Positions 1-8,371 of a stretch of 64,000 nucleotides of DNA are shown here, piece after piece; within the stretch, counting starts at the first letter, position 1; every line of letters starts with the position of its first letter. The stretch is from Bacteroidales bacterium. GTDB taxonomy: Bacteria; Bacteroidota; Bacteroidia; Bacteroidales; GWA2-32-17. The stretch lies in NCBI GenBank assembly GCA_026417155.1, contig JAOADU010000060.1, forward strand, positions 11,604-75,603, in the 5' to 3' direction. Position numbers and translations under genes: made by a program. The notes under the pieces were generated by a model. It saw only the letters and a list, made by a program, of their open reading frames with translations. It was not told where the DNA came from and ran no database searches.

Positions 1-504
1 AATTTGTTCGGCTTTTGCAATAAGTGCTTTATCGTAAGGTTCGCTCATGTCGGGGAAACGAGGTCCTAATTCTGGATAATTTTTCCCAATTAAAGGATTG
101 GGAATTAAATTTATATGATCGATAATGATCATTATGTCGCCTATTTCAAAGTTAGGATTAACACCACCACTAGCATTCGACACGATTAGATATTGTATGC
201 CTAATTGCTTCATTACACGCACAGGGAATGTTACTTCTTGCATCGTATAACCTTCGTAATAATGAAATCTTCCCTGCATAGCTATTACGTTCTTGCCCGA
301 TAATTTACCACAAATTAATCGCCCTTGGTGTCCTTCAACAGTAGATACAGGGAAATTCGGAATATTTTGATATTCTAAAATATGCTCTATTTGAATTTCG
401 CGAACTAAACCTCCTAACCCTGTACCTAAAATAATGCCTATTTCGGGCTTAAAATTTGTTTTTTCGATAATGAATGCTGCTGATTGGTTGATTTTTTCTA
501 ACAT
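1..504 (-). CDS. purine nucleoside phosphorylase (trimeric PNP/MTAP family); C-terminal part lies beyond window start
   Basis: Not in the ORF track because it runs off the edge. My reverse-strand translation from the ATG at 504-502 gives MLEKINQSAAFIIEKTNFKPEIGIILGTGLGG...GRFHYYEGYTMQEVTFPVRVMKQLGIQYLIV...GPRFPDMSEPYDKALIAKAEQI. The GTGLGG, HYYEG and RFPDMS blocks are typical of PNP. It overlaps the lpxK 3' end by 56 nt. Confidence 0.85.
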   Translation of the reverse strand, partial: MLEKINQSAAFIIEKTNFKPEIGIILGTGLGGLVREIQIEHILEYQNIPNFPVSTVEGHQGRLICGKLSGKNVIAMQGRFHYYEGYTMQEVTFPVRVMKQLGIQYLIVSNASGGVNPNFEIGDIMIIIDHINLIPNPLIGKNYPELGPRFPDMSEPYDKALIAKAEQI

Positions 505-1567
505 ATTCTATCAATTCTTGGTTAAACATATTTTTCTCATTGTACAATATTTCTATTTCAATGGGGATGTAAAACAATGGTAAATTTTGTAACTCTTCGG
601 TCATAGGCGATTCTCGTAGCCGAATAGCATCTTTTTCAGTTGTTATAATAACTTTATTGGGTTGATTTATTTCATTGAAACGTGAAATAATTTGCTCAAT
701 ATCTTTTGTTTTAAAATAATAATGATCGGGAAAAATAATAGTAAATATTTCAACTGAAAATCTTTTTATGTATTCGATAAGTGGTTTTGGATTGGCAATT
801 CCAGTTACTAATAAGACATAATATTTGCATTTAGTAAAGCTATATTTGGTCGCTCTGAATTTGCCTGGAAAAACTACTACGGGGCTTTTGTATTCAATGC
901 GGCTAAAAAATAGATATTGAAATGGAAACAGCTCTAGCTTTTTTTGAATGATACGTTTTTCTATGGGTTTAATGTCGGGTGGTGTATTTGTTACAATTAC
1001 AATATGAGCTTTAGATTTATGATGTACGCGTTCTCTAAGATTTCCGTATGGCAATAAGTAATCTTCGTAAATGGGATTATTATAATCGACTAACAATAAA
1101 TAAACTCCAGCTTTTACTGCTAAATGCTGATAGCCGTCGTCCATTATTATTACATCTATTTTGGGTTCAGTTTTTTTTAATAAAATATCAATAGCTTTGC
1201 GACGTTTTTCGCAAACAACCACAGTTATATCAGGAAACTTTTGCTTTATTTGTAAAGGTTCATCACCAACATCTAATGCCGATGAATCTGTAAAAACTTC
1301 TAAATATCCTTTTGTTCTGCGCTTGTAGCCTCTACTTAATACAGCAATGGTATAATGTTCTTTTAATACTTTTACAACATATTCTACATGAGGAGTTTTG
1401 CCAGTACCACCAACAGTGATGTTACCTACACATACAATAGGAATAGGATATTCTTTTGAGCGTAATAAAGAGATGTTATACAAAAAGTGTCTGAATCCGA
1501 TTACTAAGCCATATAACCAAGATAAGGGAATTAAGATAAAACCATATTTTTTTCTGTTAGAAATCAA
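449..1567 (-). CDS. lpxK: tetraacyldisaccharide 4'-kinase
   Basis: 372-aa ORF with the P-loop VGNITVGGTGKTP and an N-terminal hydrophobic helix, as in LpxK. The start at 1567 is TTG and there is no nearby ATG, so the 5' end is uncertain. Confidence 0.9.
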   Translation of the reverse strand: MISNRKKYGFILIPLSWLYGLVIGFRHFLYNISLLRSKEYPIPIVCVGNITVGGTGKTPHVEYVVKVLKEHYTIAVLSRGYKRRTKGYLEVFTDSSALDVGDEPLQIKQKFPDITVVVCEKRRKAIDILLKKTEPKIDVIIMDDGYQHLAVKAGVYLLLVDYNNPIYEDYLLPYGNLRERVHHKSKAHIVIVTNTPPDIKPIEKRIIQKKLELFPFQYLFFSRIEYKSPVVVFPGKFRATKYSFTKCKYYVLLVTGIANPKPLIEYIKRFSVEIFTIIFPDHYYFKTKDIEQIISRFNEINQPNKVIITTEKDAIRLRESPMTEELQNLPLFYIPIEIEILYNEKNMFNQELIEYVRKNQPISSIHYRKNKF

Positions 1568-1670
1568 AATTCAAGACTTTAAAAACGCTAATGTAAATAT
1601 TTCTGATAAATTCTGCAAATTTCATAGTTAAGCATGTATCAAATAATTTCATAATATTATTTCATTTTAA

Positions 1671-1678
1671 TAGATTTG
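1671..1678 (+). promoter_or_regulatory. Bacteroidota sigma-A type -7 box (TAGATTTG) for ychF
   Basis: Exact match to TAnnTTTG, followed by the A-rich leader CAACAAAAAAAATG. It lies 11 nt upstream of the ATG at 1690. Confidence 0.5.
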
Positions 1679-1689
1679 CAACAAAAAAA

Positions 1690-2775
1690 ATGGCGCTTCA
1701 ATGTGGAATCATAGGCATTCAAAGCAGTGGTAAAACAACTTTATTTAATTCATTATCAGGCATAAAAGCAGAAACTCAGGCGTTTGCCGATAAAATAAAC
1801 ATTGGAATTATAAAAGTTCCTGATCAACGGTTGTATGAGCTTGAAAAATATCAAAAAACCGAAAAAATTGTCCATGCAACAGTAAACTTAGTGGATATTC
1901 CGGGATTAGCAAAAGGATCATCAAATAATGAAAATGTAAGGAAATTTCTTAACGAGATACGCAATAGCGATGCTTTTATACATGTAGTTCGCTGCTTTGA
2001 GAACCCTTTAGTCCCTCATCCCGAAGGGAGTATAGATCCAGTGAGAGATGTAGAAAATATTGAACTGGAATTACAAGCACGCGACATAGAATCTATAGAA
2101 AAAAAAATACAACGATTAGAAAAAATTGCCAAATCTGGGAATAAAGAGGCCAAATTACAAATAGATAAGCTTTTAGAACTTAAAGAAAAACTCGAAAATT
2201 TTGAGTCAATTCGATCTATTGAACTTCACGAAATGGCAAAAGAAGCCATACAAGATTTATTTTTACTAACAGCCAAACCTGTTCTTTATGTAGCAAATGT
2301 TGATTCAAATTCTGTAATTAATGGCAATAAATATTCTCAATCATTAGAAACCTATTTGCGGCAAAAAGGCTACAACGTGCTTTTATTAAGTGCACAGTTT
2401 GAAGCAGAAGTAGCCGAACTGGAAGACGAGGCAGATAGAAAAATGTTTTTGGAAGATGCAGGATTAAGCGAACCTGCAGTAAACAGGTTGTTGCAAGCAG
2501 CTTACCATATGTTAAATTTACGAACTTTCTTCACAGTAGGACCCAAAGAAATTCGTGCATGGACAATTAAACAAGGCATGACAGCTCCGCAAGCTGCAGG
2601 TGTTATTCATAGCGACCTTGAACGAGGATTTATTCGAGCCGAGGTTATGAAATATCACGATTTTGTTACATTCGGAAGCGAAGCTGCATGCAAGGAAAAA
2701 GGAAAGTTTTACATAGAGGGGAAAAATTATATTGTACAAGATGGCGATATCTTGCACATCCGCTTTAACGTTTAA
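1690..2775 (+). CDS. ychF: redox-regulated ATPase YchF (OLA1 family)
   Basis: 361 aa. N-terminal P-loop GIQSSGKTTLFN and DIPGL G3 motif. C-terminal block RAWTIKQGMTAPQAAGVIHSDLERGFIRAEV...QDGDILHIRFNV is diagnostic of YchF. Confidence 0.92.
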   Translation: MALQCGIIGIQSSGKTTLFNSLSGIKAETQAFADKINIGIIKVPDQRLYELEKYQKTEKIVHATVNLVDIPGLAKGSSNNENVRKFLNEIRNSDAFIHVVRCFENPLVPHPEGSIDPVRDVENIELELQARDIESIEKKIQRLEKIAKSGNKEAKLQIDKLLELKEKLENFESIRSIELHEMAKEAIQDLFLLTAKPVLYVANVDSNSVINGNKYSQSLETYLRQKGYNVLLLSAQFEAEVAELEDEADRKMFLEDAGLSEPAVNRLLQAAYHMLNLRTFFTVGPKEIRAWTIKQGMTAPQAAGVIHSDLERGFIRAEVMKYHDFVTFGSEAACKEKGKFYIEGKNYIVQDGDILHIRFNV

Positions 2776-2792
2776 AACTATCTATAGGTTTG

Positions 2793-4808
2793 TTAAAATA
2801 AGTTTTCTATAATCTGATCGTCAACGAAATTAGGTAAAGTAACTGTCAATAATGGTTCCGATTCCATAGCACGTTTAATGGCAAATATAGCTCCTTCGTT
2901 ACGTGCCCAGCTTCGGCGCGCAATGCCATTATTTACATCCCAATGAAGCATCATCTTTAGTCGGCGGGCAGAATCGTCGCTTCCATCTAATACCATTCCA
3001 AATCCACCATTTATTACTTCACCCCAACCTACACCTCCTCCGTTGTGCAACGAAACCCATGTAGCACCACGGAAAGCATCGCCAATAACGTTATGAACTG
3101 CCATGTCGGCTGTAAAACGAGAACCATCGTATATGTTTGAAGTTTCTCGGAATGGTGAATCAGTGCCCGACACATCGTGATGATCTCTTCCTAGTACAAT
3201 AGGTGCCGAAATATATCCTTTTCGGATAGCATCATTAAAAGCTTTAGCAATTTCTATTCGTCCTTCGGCATCGGCGTATAAAATTCTTGCTTGACTTCCA
3301 ACAACAAGTTTGTTTTTTTTAGCTTCGCGAATCCATTTAAGATTGTCGAGCATTTGTTGTTTTATTTCGGTGGGTGCTTGTTTTGACAATTGTTCTATTA
3401 CATCGCCAGCTATTTCGTCGGTTTTATCTAAATCATCAGGATTTCCTGATGTGCATACCCAGCGGAAAGGACCAAAACCAAAATCGAAACACATAGGTCC
3501 CATAATATCTTGTACATACGAAGGGTATTTAAAAGAACCATCGGGTTTTAGAATATCTGCTCCTGCTCGACTTGCTTCAAGCAAAAATGCATTACCATAG
3601 TCGAAGAAATACATGCCACGTTCGCATAATGTATTGATAGCAGCAACATGACGTCGTAACGAGCTATAAACTAATTCTTTGAACTTCTCTGGATATTTAG
3701 CCATCAATTCATTGGCTTCTTCGAATGATATTCCTACTGGATAATAACCACCCGCAAACGGATTATGTAACGAAGTTTGATCGCTTCCTAATTCAACAAT
3801 TATGTTTTCTTTTACTAATCGTTCCCATAAATCTACAACATTTCCATGATACGCTAAAGAAACAGCTTCTTTATTTGATTTGGCTTTAATAATACGTGGT
3901 ATCAAGTCATCAAGGTTTTCATAAACTTCATCGACCCAACCTTGCGAATATCGAGTTTGTATTGCTTTAGGATTTACTTCGGCAATGACGCCAACGGCAC
4001 CAGCAATAACGGCTGCTTTGGGTTGAGCACCGCTCATACCACCCAAACCACTTGAGACAAAAAGCTTTCCCGATAAGTCTTCGCCATGTTTGCTGATAAT
4101 TCTTCCTGCATTAAGGATAGTAATAGTAGTACCGTGAACAATTCCTTGAGGACCAATGTACATATACGAACCTGCCGTCATTTGTCCATATTGTGTTACG
4201 CCAAGAGCATTAAAACGCTCATAATCTTCCTTGGATGAATAATTGGGTATCATCATTCCATTCGTAACCACAACACGAGGAGCGTCTTTGTGCGAAGGAA
4301 AGAGTCCCATCGGATGACCTGAATACATTACAAGGGTTTGATCGTCGGTCATTTCGCTTAAATATTTCATGGTGAGCAAGTATTGTGCCCAATTTTGAAA
4401 CACAGCACCATTGCCACCATAAGTAATTAGTTCATGAGGATGCTGAGCAACGGCAGGATCCAAGTTGTTTTGTATCATAAGCATAATGGCTGCTGCTTGC
4501 TTAGAACGATAAGGATATTCATCAATCGGTCGAGCATACATTTCGTAGTCGGGACGAAATCGGTACATGTAAATTCGACCGTAAGTATTCAATTCCTCCA
4601 AAAATTCAGGGGCTAATACTGCATGAAATTTTTTCGGAAAATACCGTAAAGCATTGCGTAAAGCTAGTTTTTTCTCTTCTTGTGATAATATATCTTTTCT
4701 TTTTGGGGCATGATTTACAGAAGGATCGTAAGGTTTGGGTTGAGGCAATTCATTGGGGATCCCTTGACGAATCAATCGTTTAAATTCTTCTTTCGATATC
4801 ATATGCAT
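2793..4808 (-). CDS. hutU: urocanate hydratase
   Basis: 671 aa, the long Bacteroidota-type urocanase. Conserved blocks include GLGGMSGAQPKA, YGNAFL and GRDHHDVSGTDSPFRETSN. Confidence 0.92.
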   Translation of the reverse strand: MHMISKEEFKRLIRQGIPNELPQPKPYDPSVNHAPKRKDILSQEEKKLALRNALRYFPKKFHAVLAPEFLEELNTYGRIYMYRFRPDYEMYARPIDEYPYRSKQAAAIMLMIQNNLDPAVAQHPHELITYGGNGAVFQNWAQYLLTMKYLSEMTDDQTLVMYSGHPMGLFPSHKDAPRVVVTNGMMIPNYSSKEDYERFNALGVTQYGQMTAGSYMYIGPQGIVHGTTITILNAGRIISKHGEDLSGKLFVSSGLGGMSGAQPKAAVIAGAVGVIAEVNPKAIQTRYSQGWVDEVYENLDDLIPRIIKAKSNKEAVSLAYHGNVVDLWERLVKENIIVELGSDQTSLHNPFAGGYYPVGISFEEANELMAKYPEKFKELVYSSLRRHVAAINTLCERGMYFFDYGNAFLLEASRAGADILKPDGSFKYPSYVQDIMGPMCFDFGFGPFRWVCTSGNPDDLDKTDEIAGDVIEQLSKQAPTEIKQQMLDNLKWIREAKKNKLVVGSQARILYADAEGRIEIAKAFNDAIRKGYISAPIVLGRDHHDVSGTDSPFRETSNIYDGSRFTADMAVHNVIGDAFRGATWVSLHNGGGVGWGEVINGGFGMVLDGSDDSARRLKMMLHWDVNNGIARRSWARNEGAIFAIKRAMESEPLLTVTLPNFVDDQIIENLF

Positions 4809-4835
4809 TTTTTGAGTGTAAAGATATATAAAATT

Positions 4836-4851
4836 TTGAACGAATGTTCAA
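4836..4851. promoter_or_regulatory. perfect palindrome TTGAAC-GAAT-GTTCAA in the hutU promoter region (candidate operator)
   Basis: Read directly from the sequence. It lies 28-43 nt upstream of the hutU ATG (4808, minus strand). The factor that would bind it is unknown. Confidence 0.3.
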
Positions 4852-5112
4852 TTTATTCAAAATTCGTGTTAAGTAATTTTATCAATCATGCTTTGTTATT
4901 AGCATAATTTTATGTGGATTATGTTTAATAATTACATAATAAAGATAGTTTAATAAAATAGGCTATGTTCTAAAAATATTACTTAATATTTGCGGACAAT
5001 CAACCTTTGCTAAAACATTTAGTATCTAAATTTGAGTTGTTGAGTAGTATAAAATTAAGAACCAAATTTTTTAAAAATTATTGAGTTCTGTAAATATATA
5101 TTAAAGTAAGAA

Positions 5113-5220
5113 GTAAGAATACGATGTATCTCCGACATCTTTGTCGGAGATGTAATTCTTCACTGGCAGGATGCCAGTGTTACAGTGTGTCTTCGGCATT
5201 CATGTAGGAGTATAAATTTC
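5113..5220 (+). repeat. GC-rich hairpin-dense intergenic element, copy A (possible sRNA or MITE-like repeat)
   Basis: 10-bp hairpin ATCTCCGACA-tctt-TGTCGGAGAT (5128-5151) and 8-bp hairpin CACTGGCA-gga-TGCCAGTG (5161-5179). It aligns by eye, colinearly, with the reverse complement of 11838-11938. The absolute transcription direction is unknown. Confidence 0.5.
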
Positions 5221-5381
5221 TTGTTAGCTTCTTCGTTACTGCTACGAATGCATGAATAGAATTTCATAAATTAGTCAAAAATAAATATCAAATTAAGCCA
5301 ATTTACTTTAATGTATGATATTCAATACAAATAAACAATAAAATAATACTTTAAATATTTACTTTAAGTAAATAATAAACA

Positions 5382-6614
5382 TTAGTTTTTAATGCAACGA
5401 ACGGAATAACCACAAGTTCTATTTTGAAGACCACGGTAAATTGTATTGTATACCGTATGCAAGTATCGATAATAAGCTCCTGTTATACCATTTGCAGTTG
5501 CTGTCCAAAAATTAGCTGAATTTGTAATCTCATTAAAGCCTCCAGCCCATCCCCTATAACCTCCAGGTAAAGCTTTAAAGCCACTAACATTATTACCATT
5601 CCAAGCAGGTGAATTCAAACTCGTAGCTTTCATCTTATAACCTGGCCCAGCTGTAGAAGTAGATCCTCGCCAGTCTGTAAGAGTTTGAAAATTATTAAGT
5701 GAAGTACTTCCAGTTGGACTTATAGTAGTCTCTACACACCATTCGTATCGACTAAATTCAAAATCCGTTGGGATGTGATAATCACTTGGACATATTCCCT
5801 GCGGTGAACCGCTACCACAAGGGTCACAATTATAGAATGGAACACTTGCACTATTATTGTAATTAAAAGGGAATTGCATAGCTTCTGCCCATTGGTACAA
5901 ACCTCCATAATTTGAACAATTGGAAGGTGTATTATTGTAACAATATTTTTCTATTTCACTATCATTGTTTTGATCACCATCATTTACCATTATTCCTACA
6001 TCCATATTTGAATTAATCCATTGCTGTGTTCCACAAGATATAGTACATCCAATGGTACTTACCGTAATGGTGTTACTGTTATTACTTGTACCACAAGCAT
6101 TATTGGCACGCACTCGATAATAGTATGTTTGACCACAAGTTAAACCTGTTATGTTGTAGTTTGTAACATTCCCTACATTTAGGTTATTAAACCCAGAAAC
6201 AAAATTTGTGAAAGTATTATCAGTTGCCACATCTAAAAAATAATTTGTAGCACCACTACTAACATTCCAATTGGCGATAAAGCTTGTATTGGTTATACTA
6301 CTGGCAGCATTCGCATTTGGAACAGAAGGCACTGAAGTACAACCACATGAAATTTGTACCCATTGACTGAAGGACGAATTATACCATTCAAAGCAATTAG
6401 TTGTTGTATTAAAAATTAGTAAAGAATTAGCAGGGTTACTAATTGAATTACGCTGTGTAGTAGTCATGCGAGGAATCAACAGCCCCTTACTTGTTGATTG
6501 AATATCTAGCATGGCAGAATTATCAGGATTTGCACCCGTAGTGTTTATTGATATCTGGCTAAACAATAGGCTACTTAATAATAAACATGCTAACAAGAAG
6601 ATAATTTGTTTCAT
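5382..6614 (-). CDS. secreted protein with fibronectin type III-like domain and C-terminal FISUMP (Fibrobacter succinogenes major paralogous) domain
   Basis: Signal peptide [20 protein letters not shown] begins at the ATG at 6614; the TTG at 6680 in the ORF track is rejected. The FN3-like segment reads ...[14 protein letters not shown]...[14 protein letters not shown]. The C-terminal pattern YGGLYQW...[13 protein letters not shown]...[11 protein letters not shown]...ANFWTA...GYSVRCIKN matches FISUMP. Confidence 0.75.
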   Translation of the reverse strand: MKQIIFLLACLLLSSLLFSQISINTTGANPDNSAMLDIQSTSKGLLIPRMTTTQRNSISNPANSLLIFNTTTNCFEWYNSSFSQWVQISCGCTSVPSVPNANAASSITNTSFIANWNVSSGATNYFLDVATDNTFTNFVSGFNNLNVGNVTNYNITGLTCGQTYYYRVRANNACGTSNNSNTITVSTIGCTISCGTQQWINSNMDVGIMVNDGDQNNDSEIEKYCYNNTPSNCSNYGGLYQWAEAMQFPFNYNNSASVPFYNCDPCGSGSPQGICPSDYHIPTDFEFSRYEWCVETTISPTGSTSLNNFQTLTDWRGSTSTAGPGYKMKATSLNSPAWNGNNVSGFKALPGGYRGWAGGFNEITNSANFWTATANGITGAYYRYLHTVYNTIYRGLQNRTCGYSVRCIKN

Positions 6615-6911
6615 ATAGTTTAGATTTTTATGATTAATTATTTTATTTACGTTAAAATAACGTATATCTTTTATCAACAAAAATACTTTAAAATAAAAAT
6701 TAAATTACTGATAAGCGTTTGGATATATTTGTTTTAGCTAAGTATAGTTATACATGAGTTTAGAAAAAATATATAAACGATGATAAAATTTATTCAATGT
6801 AACTTAAAATCAAATATAGATAAATGATTAGATACTACAAAAACATCATTAAAAAATATATTAACAAAAATGAAAATATTAGCAATAAATAATATTTACA
6901 TTATTTCAAAT

Positions 6912-6933
6912 TATTTCGTAATTTTGCGAAATA
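6912..6933 (+). promoter_or_regulatory. -7 box TAATTTTG (6919-6926) embedded in a perfect 7-8-7 inverted repeat TATTTCG/CGAAATA; candidate ArsR-type operator plus promoter
   Basis: Read directly from the sequence. The box lies 22 nt upstream of the ATG at 6949. The palindrome arms flank the -7 element exactly. Confidence 0.5.
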
Positions 6934-6948
6934 TCAAATCCGTGCTTT

Positions 6949-7188
6949 ATGAATATAAAAATTTTAGGAACAGGATGTCCTAAATGCAATCAATTAGAAC
7001 AGCTAGTAAAAGAAGCAGTTCAAGCATTATCAATAAATGCAGAAATTACAAAGGTTGAAGACATTGATAAAATTTTGAGTTATGGAATAATGCGTACGCC
7101 GGCCTTAGTGATTAATGAAAAAGTTGTGATGTATGGTAGAGTTCCATCTGTTCAGGAATTGAAAGAGCTGATTGAAAAAAATCAGTAA
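6949..7188 (+). CDS. small cytoplasmic thioredoxin-fold protein (MTH895/TM0996 redox-active disulfide protein 2 type)
   Basis: 79 aa. MNIKILGTGCPKCNQLEQLV... carries an N-terminal CPKC (CxxC) and the C-terminal motif MRTPALVINEKVV typical of this family. No signal peptide. Confidence 0.8.
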   Translation: MNIKILGTGCPKCNQLEQLVKEAVQALSINAEITKVEDIDKILSYGIMRTPALVINEKVVMYGRVPSVQELKELIEKNQ

Positions 7189-7190
7189 AT

Positions 7191-7490
7191 ATGAAAAAGA
7201 ATGTCGATTTTTCTGAAAAACACAAACAAATTGCGATCATAGCCAAAGCATTAAGCCATCCGGCTAGAGTTTATATTATAGAAAAGCTAATTTCGCTTAA
7301 TGATTGTTGTACTAGTGGCGAAATGATAGGCGACATTCCGATTGCACGATCAACACTTTCTCAACATTTAAAAGAACTAAAATATGCGGGCTTAATTCAA
7401 GGTGAGATAGAACCACCGAAAATAAAATATTGTATCAATAAAGAAAATTGGGATAAAGCAAAACAAATTTTTAATGAATTATTTAAGTAG
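7191..7490 (+). CDS. ArsR/SmtB family metalloregulator
   Basis: 99 aa. ALSHPARVYIIEKL...STLSQHLKELKYAGLI is a winged HTH. The vicinal cysteines NDCCTSGE occupy the position of the As(III)-binding CVC site of R773 ArsR. Confidence 0.85.
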   Translation: MKKNVDFSEKHKQIAIIAKALSHPARVYIIEKLISLNDCCTSGEMIGDIPIARSTLSQHLKELKYAGLIQGEIEPPKIKYCINKENWDKAKQIFNELFK

Positions 7491-7497
7491 GAAGTTT

Positions 7498-7944
7498 ATG
7501 AAAATATTTTTAATGCTGTTATTATTAACTTTAATCGTAAGTTGTCAGCATAACAACGAGTCAAACAACCGATTATCAGAGAAAGATAGTTTACTAACGC
7601 AAGCAAATCAACCGGTAATATTGGTTTATAATTTTTTTGGAACCCATCGATGTCCATCGTGCATTGCTATTGAAGAAGCCACAAAGAAAACACTCGAAAC
7701 ATATTTTCAGAATGAATTGAAACAAGGTAAAATAAAGCAGTATAGTGTTAATGTTGATGAAGAAAAGAATTCGCAAGTATGTGAAAAATATCAGGCATTT
7801 GGATCGGGAATAGTAATTGCTCGCATCGATAATTCAAAAGATACATCCATTAATTTAACAAGCGAAGGGTTTAAATATGCATTAAAAAAGCAAGAAAAGT
7901 TTATTGAAATTCTGAAATCGCATATATCAAATTTATTAAAATAG
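7498..7944 (+). CDS. exported lipoprotein, thioredoxin-like CxxC protein (resembles proteins annotated as ArsF family)
   Basis: I take the start at the ATG at 7498, giving MKIFLMLLLLTLIVSC with a lipobox. CxxC motif HRCPSC. Paralogous to the next gene; shared blocks are C..C..IE..TKK.LETYF and EKYQA.G. Confidence 0.6.
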   Translation: MKIFLMLLLLTLIVSCQHNNESNNRLSEKDSLLTQANQPVILVYNFFGTHRCPSCIAIEEATKKTLETYFQNELKQGKIKQYSVNVDEEKNSQVCEKYQAFGSGIVIARIDNSKDTSINLTSEGFKYALKKQEKFIEILKSHISNLLK

Positions 7945-7950
7945 CTGAAA

Positions 7951-8364
7951 ATGAAACATGCAGTTGTATTTTTTACTATAGTGGCTTCTATCAATCTTTA
8001 TTCACAACAAGTTGTAAAGCCAACAGAAAAAACTAAATTATTAGTTTATTATTTTCATATTACGAATCGTTGCAATACTTGCTATAAAATTGAAAATTCA
8101 ACAAAAAAAGTATTAGAAACTTATTTTTCGAAAGAACTAAATGAAAATGTAATCATTTTTCGCTCATTTAATTGCGAATTGCCCGAGAATAAAAATTTAG
8201 TCGAGAAATATCAAGCGTATGGAGCAACATTAGCACTTACTCCAATAGTTTCTGGTAAAGAAATTGGAATTGACGATATAACTAGTTTTGCATTTAATAA
8301 GATAAATAACGAAACCTTGTTTATGGAAGAGCTGAAAAGAAAAATAGAATTGTATTTAAAATAA
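7951..8364 (+). CDS. secreted thioredoxin-like CxxC protein, tandem paralog of 7498..7944
   Basis: 137 aa with a signal peptide. YYFHITNRCNTCYKIENSTKKVLETYF carries the CxxC motif. From memory, the YYFH..RC..C pattern matches Bacteroidia proteins labelled ArsF family. Confidence 0.6.
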   Translation: MKHAVVFFTIVASINLYSQQVVKPTEKTKLLVYYFHITNRCNTCYKIENSTKKVLETYFSKELNENVIIFRSFNCELPENKNLVEKYQAYGATLALTPIVSGKEIGIDDITSFAFNKINNETLFMEELKRKIELYLK

Positions 8365-8371
8365 ATATTTC

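Noticed and set aside
449-504. 56-nt overlap between the lpxK 3' end and the PNP 5' end, a possible mis-call or frameshift
   Set aside because: Both frames give family-typical sequence on either side. The lpxK tail (...NQPISSIHYRKNKF) may simply run to a late stop. There is no evidence of disruption, so it is noted only as start/stop uncertainty.
5113-5220. Considered whether the GC-rich block is a tRNA, or the intrinsic terminator of the FISUMP gene
   Set aside because: There is no cloverleaf or T-loop (GTTCRANYC-like) sequence. Neither hairpin is followed by a T-tract on either strand. The homologous copy at 11.9 kb is inverted relative to its flanking genes. It is kept as an unexplained repeat or ncRNA candidate instead.
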